NCBI GenBank assembly: GCA_023511915.1
Contig: JAIMAN010000003.1
Span: forward strand, 1,049 to 65,048
Length of the DNA: 64,000 bases
Reading direction: 5' to 3'
DNA from: Armatimonadota bacterium
GTDB lineage: Bacteria; Armatimonadota; Fimbriimonadia; Fimbriimonadales; GBS-DC
Numbering within the stretch: the stretch's first letter is position 1; each line of letters opens with the position of its first letter. A program made the translations under genes and the position numbers. The notes below the pieces were generated by a model. It did no database searches. It was not told the origin of the DNA and saw only the letters and a list, made by a program, of their open reading frames with translations. Positions 18,390 through 26,706 of this stretch are shown here, piece by piece.

Positions 18390-19544
18390 CTACGGGGTCA
18401 GGGCGGGCAGCGCGCCCTGCAGGTCGCAGATCAGGTCGTCGGGGTTCTCCAGCCCGATGTAGATGCGGAACAGCCACGGCGCAGGCTCCGTGTCGGCTTG
18501 CGCCCAGCCCAGCAGCAGGCTCTCGTAGCCGCCCCAGCTGCAGCCGAATCGGAACAGGCGCAGGCGGTCGGCGAAGGCGTAGGCTTGCTCCGCGCGGATG
18601 GGGTGCGTCTCGAAGCTGAACAGGCTGCCGTAGCCGCGCATCTGCTGGCGCGCCAGCGCGTGCTGCGGGTGCGAGGGCAAGCCAGGGTGGTTGACCCGCG
18701 CCACCTGCGGCTGCTGCTCCAGCCATTCGGCGACCTGCAGCCCGCTGGCGTGGGCGCGCGCCATCCGCACGGGCAGCGTGCGCAGCCCGCGCAGCAGCAG
18801 CCACGCCCCGAACGGCTCCAGCACCCCACCCAGCAGCGAACGGGTCTGGCGCACCTGCTCGATATGTTCCCTGCGCCCTGCGACCACGCCCGCCAGCAGG
18901 TCGCTGTGTCCGCCCAGATACTTGCTCGCGCTGTGCAGCACCAAGTCCACCCCCAGCGCGTGCGGGTTCTGGTAAATCGGCGTCGCCCAGCTGTTGTCGC
19001 ACAGCGTCAGGATCCCGCGCTCGCGCGCCAGCGCGCTTACCGCCGACAGGTCTTGCAGGTGGAACACCAAGCTGGCGGGGCTTTCCAGGTAAATCAGGCG
19101 CGTGTTCGGCTGCAGGGCGCGTTCGAACTCGTCGGGGCACTTACCCGCCACAAAGGTCGCCTGCACCCCGTAGCGCGTCAGCCACGATTCGAGCAGCGTG
19201 CGTGTGGGGGGATACGCGCTCTCGACGCACACCACATGGTCGCCCGTGCGCGTGAAGGTCAAGATCGCCGAGGCAATCGCCGCCATGCCTGAGGCGAAGC
19301 AGAGCGCGTCTTCGGTCTGCTCCAGCGCGGCGAGTTTCTGCTCGGCAAGGCGCACGGTGGGGTTCGACTCGCGCGTGTAGACATAGCCTGCGTCGTTCAG
19401 CCCGTCATGCTCGTTGCGCAAACGCAGCGAGGGCGCAGTAAACAGCGTCGTCTGCACCAGCGGGGGCGTCACGGAGCCGTAGGGGAACGGCGTCTCCTCG
19501 CCCAAGTGCTGCAACAGCGTCTCCAGACTCAGTTCATGCTCCAT
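18390..19544 (-). CDS. PLP-dependent transsulfuration enzyme (cystathionine gamma-synthase/beta-lyase family)
   Basis: YTRESNPT, FASGMAAI, HSASKYLGGHSD, SWGGYESL. Confidence 0.9.
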   Translation of the reverse strand: MEHELSLETLLQHLGEETPFPYGSVTPPLVQTTLFTAPSLRLRNEHDGLNDAGYVYTRESNPTVRLAEQKLAALEQTEDALCFASGMAAIASAILTFTRTGDHVVCVESAYPPTRTLLESWLTRYGVQATFVAGKCPDEFERALQPNTRLIYLESPASLVFHLQDLSAVSALARERGILTLCDNSWATPIYQNPHALGVDLVLHSASKYLGGHSDLLAGVVAGRREHIEQVRQTRSLLGGVLEPFGAWLLLRGLRTLPVRMARAHASGLQVAEWLEQQPQVARVNHPGLPSHPQHALARQQMRGYGSLFSFETHPIRAEQAYAFADRLRLFRFGCSWGGYESLLLGWAQADTEPAPWLFRIYIGLENPDDLICDLQGALPALTP

Positions 19545-19638
19545 CGCAGTGGGGGTATTGTACCCGTCCAGAGCCGCTGGCGCGTGGGGTTATACCAATC
19601 GCCAAGCCAAAATTCGCAAAAAAAAACAGCAGTTGGTA

Positions 19639-20649
19639 TCAGTAATCCCGCAACCCCAGTAAAACTTCCAACGGAACAAAATGATGTGCCGTGCCACTCC
19701 CATCACGCTTGATGAACCCGATGCCTACCTCCCACTTGTGAAAGGTGAATTGACTATTGGATAAGCGCGACATCAAATCTGAAGGCAGCATCAGACGCGC
19801 ATCCTCTCCCAACAGCGACTGCAGCTCACCAAAGGAGTAAGAACTCCCCACTTGAGGCTGTACCTTGTCAGCGTAGAGCATTTTCCACAACTGCGCCGAA
19901 GTCTGCGGAATCGCCGTATGCATCTGGCGCTGAAGCGCAGACAGCCATTCAATATAGGCTTTGATGTGTTCCATCTGCTGGTGAGCGGGCAGCGGGTGAG
20001 AGAAGATGAAACTCCAGCGTTTCTGGCTACCGCGCTCGTGGGAAGGCGCTTTAGGCGTAGCAGATTGCCCAGACGGTCGCGGCGGCGCGAAGAGGGAGAG
20101 CAACATCGTCTGATTGGGAAAGAGGCGCTTAGACTCGGCGAATACGGCAATCTCCTCGCCGTTTTCATCTGTTGTTTTGAACCACCAGAGATCGAGGACG
20201 CCTATCAAGATTTCACCGTTCAACAGCTTCGTGTGGAGACTTTCGACAGAGGGTTCCTGAGCCACAAACAGGGCGAGCTGTGGGCGTTGAGTAGCCGACA
20301 GAATCGCTTGCTGAAGTTCAGGGGAGAGATCCTGTAAGCGACACGCCATAGCGGGTTGCTTGAGCAGAAAGTCTATGATTGGAATGGCAACTCGGTCAGC
20401 AAAGCGGGGCGTGTAGTATGCGGGGATTAGATAAGCGACATTCGTATCGCCTACGACTTCAAACCCTGCCTGGTAGCACTGCTGTATCCATTTGGAACGC
20501 TGCCAATCCTTTTCGCGCGTTTTCTCGATGAGCTGCTCTGCAGTCTTGACCTGCGATTCACTCTCACAGCCTGCCACCACAAGCGTTTGGGCGGCAGCAT
20601 GCAGAGCTATTCCCCACAGGAACCACCCTGCCAAAATTCGTGTCATCAT
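19639..20649 (-). CDS. hypothetical secreted protein (low-GC island)
   Basis: Signal peptide MMTRILAGWFLWGIALHAAA; GGAGG RBS; atypical codon use. Confidence 0.65.
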   Translation of the reverse strand: MMTRILAGWFLWGIALHAAAQTLVVAGCESESQVKTAEQLIEKTREKDWQRSKWIQQCYQAGFEVVGDTNVAYLIPAYYTPRFADRVAIPIIDFLLKQPAMACRLQDLSPELQQAILSATQRPQLALFVAQEPSVESLHTKLLNGEILIGVLDLWWFKTTDENGEEIAVFAESKRLFPNQTMLLSLFAPPRPSGQSATPKAPSHERGSQKRWSFIFSHPLPAHQQMEHIKAYIEWLSALQRQMHTAIPQTSAQLWKMLYADKVQPQVGSSYSFGELQSLLGEDARLMLPSDLMSRLSNSQFTFHKWEVGIGFIKRDGSGTAHHFVPLEVLLGLRDY

Positions 20650-20757
20650 GGTTTTAGTACCTCCGTGCCGGGCAGAACAGGTACCCACTTGGGACAACAC
20701 CCCTCTTCGGGTTGATAAGCATAGCGAAATCTATGCGATGCAGGACATAGTGTTTCT

Positions 20758-21204
20758 CTATCGATGACCACTTTCTCCTGACCTGAACAATTCAATAGGT
20801 AAGTAATGGATGATTCTCTTCCAATCTGGTTTTAAGTCAATACACTCGCAAGAAGTTTTGCATTTACCCTCCGCAAACTTAGTAGCATTGAGTGTAATCC
20901 TTCTGCCTGTACAAGTTGAATCGTTTGCTGGAACGCACACGCCGATAATACCATCGCCTGGCGCTATAGCAGCGAAGCATCCACCACCTTCCAGACACGT
21001 TGATAGCAACCTTGGACAACCACCGTATACGACGCTCGTACCCTTAATGAGCGTTGTACTCTTTGCTAGCCACACTATCTCAACACGCTCAACATCTGGT
21101 AGTGCGGGAAGCTGGCGCGTGTCATCGTTCCTGCTGCGTGGATTGGCGAAACCCACTCCGCCGATTAGCAACGCAGCGCTCGCGAACATCATCAACCGTT
21201 TCAT
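20758..21204 (-). CDS. hypothetical secreted cysteine-rich protein (8 Cys)
   Basis: Signal peptide MKRLMMFASAALLIGGVGFA; GAGGAGG RBS; C-terminal Cys-rich region. Confidence 0.65.
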   Translation of the reverse strand: MKRLMMFASAALLIGGVGFANPRSRNDDTRQLPALPDVERVEIVWLAKSTTLIKGTSVVYGGCPRLLSTCLEGGGCFAAIAPGDGIIGVCVPANDSTCTGRRITLNATKFAEGKCKTSCECIDLKPDWKRIIHYLPIELFRSGESGHR

Positions 21205-21373
21205 CGAATCATCCCTCCTCAAAGTTTCGTATTCTGGATAGCGCAGGTGGTCTGAGCCGCGCCTATTTCCTTAATAGTCCACGCATCCCCACCTGGTCCG
21301 CCCATGCGCCCCTATTTTTCGTCATTTGCTCGCAACATCGCCTGCAAGTGGGGCGCGAGCGTATGCATTCTGT

Positions 21374-22447
21374 TCAGCGCGTCAGTGCGAGTTCGCCTTT
21401 GGCGACGGCGAGCAGCTCGTCCATCGTGGTCTCGGCGACGGCGACCGAGCGGTCAGCGACGCCGTAGTAGACCATCCACCGCCCATCGCCCATCGGCGTC
21501 AAGCCTGTGGGGAACACCACGCGCTCGAAAAAGCCACTGACTTCGTAGTCTTCGGTGGGGGCAATCAGCGGCTCGTGGGAACGACAGATGACCTTGTGCG
21601 GCGCATCCAAGTCCAGCAGCGCGACGCCCGCGCAGTAGCCGTCTTTGGCGTTCACGCCGTGATAGACAATCAGCCAGCCTTCGGGCGTCTCCACAGGCGG
21701 CGCGCCCGCCCCAATACGGCGCGAATCCCAGTGATGCACGCGCGGCGCCATCAGAAACTGGTGGTCGCCCCAGTGCAGCAGGTCGGGCGAGTACGCCACC
21801 CACATGTTCGGTCCGTTGAACGCCGACGACGCCGTGCGGTGCATCGCCACATACCGCCCGCCCACCCTGCGCGGGAACAGCGTCACATTTTTGTTCTCGT
21901 GGTGCAGAATCAGCCCCAGCCGCTGAAAACGCTTGAAATCCTCCGTGCAGGCAAGCCCAACGCAAATCCCGTAGCGTGAGACCGCCGTGTACGAGATGTA
22001 ATACACCCCGTCAATCGCGGTGATGCGACAATCTTCGATGCCGTACTCTTCGTACTTGGTTTCGGGGAACAGCGTCGGCTCGTCGTCGATGGTGAAGTGG
22101 ACGCCATCTTTGCTGCGCGCCAGGCGCAGGTGCGAGATGGAACTGAGGTACACGCGCCCTTCGTAGGTCACGGCGCGCGGGTCGCTAAGATCTGTGAGCG
22201 GCGAATGGCGCGGGAAGGTCAGAATCTCCAGTCGCCCCGAATCGGCATGGTTGAGATTCAGCACAGGCACGCCCACCAGGTCAGGGTCGTCCATAATCGG
22301 TCGCTCCGCCACGCGCAGCAGCAAGATAATCTCGTCGCCGAACCGCGTTGCGCCGGGGTTGAACGCGCCAATCACCTCCAGATTCGGCGCCGAAGGCTTG
22401 ACCATTTCGGGCGTAATAATCGGATTCTCCGCCACACGCTTCGCCAC
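21374..22447 (-). CDS. glycoside hydrolase family 130 protein (mannoside phosphorylase-like)
   Basis: GAFNPGA, YGIEDCRIT, ENKNVTLFP, RIGAGAPP, VVFPTG, YYGVAD; AAGGAGG RBS before GTG. Confidence 0.9.
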   Translation of the reverse strand: MAKRVAENPIITPEMVKPSAPNLEVIGAFNPGATRFGDEIILLLRVAERPIMDDPDLVGVPVLNLNHADSGRLEILTFPRHSPLTDLSDPRAVTYEGRVYLSSISHLRLARSKDGVHFTIDDEPTLFPETKYEEYGIEDCRITAIDGVYYISYTAVSRYGICVGLACTEDFKRFQRLGLILHHENKNVTLFPRRVGGRYVAMHRTASSAFNGPNMWVAYSPDLLHWGDHQFLMAPRVHHWDSRRIGAGAPPVETPEGWLIVYHGVNAKDGYCAGVALLDLDAPHKVICRSHEPLIAPTEDYEVSGFFERVVFPTGLTPMGDGRWMVYYGVADRSVAVAETTMDELLAVAKGELALTR

Positions 22448-22452
22448 AGATG

Positions 22453-23574
22453 CTAACCTCCTTGTCTTAGGTGCGCTGGTGCAGGCTCGCCGTCCACTGT
22501 GAGCCTGACGATGAGTCTTTCCATAATTTCGGCGGCGTTCACACTGGGGCGCAGCCCTTTGAGGGCGCGGTCTGCCTCGTCGAGCGCGTGGAACGCTGCG
22601 CACAGCTGCGCCCAGCTGAGCCGCTCCGCCTGGCGTTGCAGTTTGTCTTGCATGAATGCTTGTCGCGTCAGCACCTGCAACACATCGGGGTCTTTGGGCA
22701 GTCGCTGGGCGACCTCTGGGCTGACGCGGCTGGGCTGCTTGATGGGCTGCCCGTGCTGAATCAGCACCCGCACGCCCCAAATCAGGCGGTACTGGCGGGC
22801 AATCAGCGCGAGGGTCTTTAGGGCGGTCTCTTCGGCGCGTGCGCCCGACTGGAACATCAGGCGCAGTTGGCGCATCGCGGCGGGGGCGTCCCGCGCGACG
22901 ATGGCATCCACCAGCTTGAACACCTGCGCTTGCTGCGACGCGCTCACGACCATGTCCACATCGTGACGGCTGATTTCTGTGCGCGGTTCCACGAACAGCA
23001 GCACCTTCTCCAGTTCGGCGAGGGCGCGTTCGGCGACGCCGTCGACCAGCGTGTGCAGGTACTCGGCGTCTTCGGGGCGCAGCTGTTTGCCTGCGGCTTG
23101 CGCTTCGGCGACCAGTCGGCGGGTGAGCGACGCGCCTGTGAGCGCGGTGAGCTTGACCACCAGCCCGTGCTTCTCGACAGCTTTGGTGAGCGCGTTCCAC
23201 GCGGCTTTCGCGCCTTCGCTCTCGTCGGCGGGCGCGGGCAGCAGCACCAGGCACGCAAACGGCGGAACCTGCTCCACCAGCCGCGCCAACGCCTGCAACT
23301 CGTTGGGGCTGTAGCGGTTCGCGTGCGTGAGAATCGCCAACCGCCGCTCAGATTCCATCGGGATGGTCTGCACGGTCGCGCCTACTGTCGCGGTGGGCGT
23401 TTCGCGGGCGTCCAGCACTGCTTCGTCGATGCTGCCCGCTTCCATCTGCAGCGCGCGACGGAGCAGCGCGATGAACTCGCGCTGCAGCACAGGTTCCTCT
23501 CCTTCCAGCAGGTAGACTGTCGCTGGCGTGCGCCAGTCGCTGGCTTTCAGCTCGCTATACTTTTTGACCGCCAT
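22453..23574 (-). CDS. holA: DNA polymerase III subunit delta
   Basis: VYLLEGEE, ELEKVLLF, VFKLVDAI, ADRALK. Confidence 0.85.
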   Translation of the reverse strand: MAVKKYSELKASDWRTPATVYLLEGEEPVLQREFIALLRRALQMEAGSIDEAVLDARETPTATVGATVQTIPMESERRLAILTHANRYSPNELQALARLVEQVPPFACLVLLPAPADESEGAKAAWNALTKAVEKHGLVVKLTALTGASLTRRLVAEAQAAGKQLRPEDAEYLHTLVDGVAERALAELEKVLLFVEPRTEISRHDVDMVVSASQQAQVFKLVDAIVARDAPAAMRQLRLMFQSGARAEETALKTLALIARQYRLIWGVRVLIQHGQPIKQPSRVSPEVAQRLPKDPDVLQVLTRQAFMQDKLQRQAERLSWAQLCAAFHALDEADRALKGLRPSVNAAEIMERLIVRLTVDGEPAPAHLRQGG

Positions 23575-25651
23575 AGAGCCGCTGCCATCCCAAAGTGAGC
23601 AACTGCAGAGTAAGCCGTCGGACGCCGAGTTCCTGCAGAATTTGGCGTCGGATTCGGGCGATTTGCTGGGCGATTTGGGGTTCCTGCGCGGCGGTCTGTT
23701 CGGGCGGGGCGTAGAGGTAGGCGACGAGCGCAGGGGTGAGCGTGCGCAGGGCGTCCGACGCGCGGCTGCCTTGCTGGTTTAGGCGCACGGCGGCAGCTTC
23801 GAGGTAGGCGCGCGGCGTCTGACCCGTCGCGGGCGGCTCCAGCCCCATCAGGCGCAACGCGAACAGCAGTTGCCCGTAGAGCCGCTGCGCGCGGGGCGTC
23901 GCCGCGCTTGCCCGCCAGCCCACGCGCGGCGCGACCAGCAGGTAGAGCATCGCCAGCACAACCGCGCCAATCAGCACATCGAGCATGCGCTGCAGCCACT
24001 GTCGGCGCGCCTGCTGCGCCTCCTCGCTGGCGAGCGCGTCGTTCGCCCCGCCCTCAATCACGGGCGCGTTGCGCGTCGCATCGAACGCCACCCAGCCGAC
24101 GCCTTCAAAGTAGACCTCCGTCCACAGGTGGCGGTGCGCCTCGCGCACGATGTATTCGCCCGTCTCGGGGTCGCGCTCCTGCAAAATGAACCCCGACGCC
24201 ACCCGCGCGGGGATGTCGGCGTACAGGCACAGCACCGCCAGTGCGGTCGCGAACTCCACGCAATAGCCCTGCTTCGCCTCGAACAGGAAATACTCCGCCA
24301 CATCCACATCCGTCGGGTACGCTTCCACATTCAGGTTGTAGGCGGTGTTCTGTTCGATGTAGCGCACCAGCGCCATCACCTTGTCGTACTGGGTGGGCTG
24401 GTCGCGGGTGAGACGATCCGCCAGCTCTTGTATCGGGGCGCGTCGTTCGCGGGCGCGTCCGCGAAACTCTGGGCGCGCGGGCAACTGAAACGGGAACCGC
24501 AGCGCCGAGGGCGGCAACTGGCGCAGGATGCGCGGGTCGTCGGGCGGGAGGTAGGCGCGAATCGTGTAGCGTTCGCCCGCGCCCAGCGGACGGTAGCTGG
24601 CAACCGCCCCCACCCAGCGCACATACTGCAGCTGGCGCACGGGCGCCTCCACCTCCAGCGGGTAGCCTGGCGCGTACAGAATCCGATGCCAGCCTGTGCT
24701 GAGCGTCACGGTCGCCGTGACCTGATGCTGTTCGGGCGCGTCGGGGACGCGCTGCGGCGCGAACTTGCCCTGACCCAGCGGCAGCATCTCCTCATAAAAC
24801 ACGCGCCCGCGGTTCCACCCGCGCCCGGTGTAGATATTGTACGACTCCATGCGCAGGTAGTTGGGCTGCGCGTTGCCCTCGATGCGCACGCGCAGCACCT
24901 CCATCTCACTGAGGCTAACTGCGCCTGCGCCCGCCTGCAGTTCTGGGGGCGTCTCGGACGGCGTTGCACGGAAGTTCCCACGCAGCGGCATCCCGACCAC
25001 CACCGTCGAGATGGCGCGCCCGATGGTCAGCGCAAGAATCGGCGTCGCCAGAAACGCCAGCAGCCCCGCCAACGCCCCCGACGCGAACACCGTGCGCAGC
25101 GCGTAGCCCGTCTCCAGCGACACGCGCGCACGACCCCACTCCAGCCGATGGCTCGCCAACATCAGAAACAGCACGCCCAGCAGCATCAGCACAAACAGCC
25201 ACAGAATCTGCGCCGCCAGCATGTAGGTCGCAATCAGCCCGAACAGCGCCAGCGCGGGCACGCTCTGGAACACCAGCGCGTTCATCGTGACCATCAGCGC
25301 GCTGCGCAAGCACAGATACCATAGAAACGACAAACTGAGGTAGTTTTCGATGGAGGCGTCCAGCCCGATGCCGAAGAGGCTATTGAGGAACGACTGCCCT
25401 GTGAGGCAAATCAGCGCGAGCGCGCCATCCAGAAAGCCGTACACCAGCCGCGCGCCTTCCGAGAGAGGGAACCGGCTCACCCACGCGCTCGCGCCCACCC
25501 CCAGCGTCAGCAGGATCACAAACGACATCGCCGAGAACTCAGAGACCCGCGCCAGTTGCACCACCAGCACACATGCGAGTGTGAGCAACCATGCTGCGCC
25601 ATACGCCGCCAGCGGCGGCGCACCGCCCGAAGCCATCTGTTGCAGCGCCAT
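23555..25651 (-). CDS. transglutaminase-like membrane protein (TgpA/DUF3488-like)
   Basis: Multiple N-terminal TMs; GYCVEFA, HLWTEVYFEGVGWVAFDAT (Cys-His-Asp triad). Confidence 0.88.
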   Translation of the reverse strand: MALQQMASGGAPPLAAYGAAWLLTLACVLVVQLARVSEFSAMSFVILLTLGVGASAWVSRFPLSEGARLVYGFLDGALALICLTGQSFLNSLFGIGLDASIENYLSLSFLWYLCLRSALMVTMNALVFQSVPALALFGLIATYMLAAQILWLFVLMLLGVLFLMLASHRLEWGRARVSLETGYALRTVFASGALAGLLAFLATPILALTIGRAISTVVVGMPLRGNFRATPSETPPELQAGAGAVSLSEMEVLRVRIEGNAQPNYLRMESYNIYTGRGWNRGRVFYEEMLPLGQGKFAPQRVPDAPEQHQVTATVTLSTGWHRILYAPGYPLEVEAPVRQLQYVRWVGAVASYRPLGAGERYTIRAYLPPDDPRILRQLPPSALRFPFQLPARPEFRGRARERRAPIQELADRLTRDQPTQYDKVMALVRYIEQNTAYNLNVEAYPTDVDVAEYFLFEAKQGYCVEFATALAVLCLYADIPARVASGFILQERDPETGEYIVREAHRHLWTEVYFEGVGWVAFDATRNAPVIEGGANDALASEEAQQARRQWLQRMLDVLIGAVVLAMLYLLVAPRVGWRASAATPRAQRLYGQLLFALRLMGLEPPATGQTPRAYLEAAAVRLNQQGSRASDALRTLTPALVAYLYAPPEQTAAQEPQIAQQIARIRRQILQELGVRRLTLQLLTLGWQRLYGGQKV

Positions 25652-25770
25652 CAGTAGTTATACGATTCTACCCCACGCGAAGTTCGCAACACGCGCTCGC
25701 CGCCCACCTGTCCAAAAGTGTGGTATACTTAAGAGGGGACCAACAGCCCCGCCACAGGAGGAAGACCGTT

Positions 25771-26457
25771 ATGAGACAAATAGGCTTACTCATCACGACA
25801 CTCGCTTTGACGACGCTTGCGCCGCTATGGGCGCAAGAGACTCAAGATGAGAAAGGCGCGCCCGGTGTTGCCGTGCAAGCGCAGCCGCAACGCCAGCCCG
25901 CGCGCGGCGATGTGCTTGCGCCCGCGAATCTGGCGACACGCCTGAACCTCACCGAAGAGCAGCGCGCCCGCATCGATGGGCTGTGGAGGCAATACAACGA
26001 CCGCAGCGAGCAGGTGCGCCGCGACACCTCGCTGACCGCCGAGCAGCGCATCGCGCGCCTGCGTCAAGCGCGTGAAGAGTATGTGCGCCTCGTCCGCACC
26101 GTCCTCAACGAGGAGCAACTCAAAAAATTCGAAGCGCTGCTGGAGGAGCAGTCGCCCGCGCTGGGCAGCCTCGCCGATATGCGCCTTAGCCCCGAACAGA
26201 TGGAGAAAATCCGCGAAATCGTGCAGCGCTACAACAAAATCCGCCAGCAGATTACGCAGGACGCCTCCCTCACGCCCGACCAGCGCGCCCGCCGCCTGCA
26301 GGAAGTCAACGAGCAGATGATGCAGGAAATCCGCAATGCGCTGCCCAAGAACCTGCAGGAACGCTGGGACAAGGCGCGCCAGCGCGACCAGCAGCAGCAA
26401 CAGCAGCAGGGCGAGAAAAAAGAGGAAAAGAAGGACACTCCGCCCCAGAATCCGTGA
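25771..26457 (+). CDS. periplasmic helical protein (Spy/CpxP-like LTxxQ repeats)
   Basis: Signal peptide; LTEEQ, LTAEQ, LSPEQ, LTPDQ repeats; AGGAGG RBS. Confidence 0.7.
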   Translation: MRQIGLLITTLALTTLAPLWAQETQDEKGAPGVAVQAQPQRQPARGDVLAPANLATRLNLTEEQRARIDGLWRQYNDRSEQVRRDTSLTAEQRIARLRQAREEYVRLVRTVLNEEQLKKFEALLEEQSPALGSLADMRLSPEQMEKIREIVQRYNKIRQQITQDASLTPDQRARRLQEVNEQMMQEIRNALPKNLQERWDKARQRDQQQQQQQGEKKEEKKDTPPQNP

Positions 26458-26491
26458 ATCAGTCGCACGACCTGAATTCGTAATAATCGAT

Positions 26492-26705
26492 GCCCCTCTC
26501 CTTGAGGTTCCCTCTGCACACAGGGGGAGCCGAAGGAGTGCGCAGCTTGGTTCCCCTCGCCCGCAAGCAGGCGAGGGGGGTTATGGAGTGCGGAAGCGAA
26601 GCTTCCGCCCGAAGCTGAAGCTGACGCTTCAGCACTCCAAACAGGTCCGCGCTCCTACACCCCTCTCCCACAGGGTGGGAGAGGGGCTGGGGGTGAGGGT
26701 AGCCC
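26492..26705. repeat. composite cluster of REP-like palindromes between convergent genes
   Basis: GGTTCCCTCTG..CAGGGGGAGCC; CCCCTCGCC..GGCGAGGGG; TGGAGTGC..GCACTCCA; CCCCTCTCCCACAGGGTGGGAGAGGGG (identical to the copy in tamB). Confidence 0.8.
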
Positions 26706-26706
26706 C

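Noticed and set aside
26492-26705. CRISPR array
   Set aside because: The units are different palindromes, not identical direct repeats with unique spacers; no cas genes
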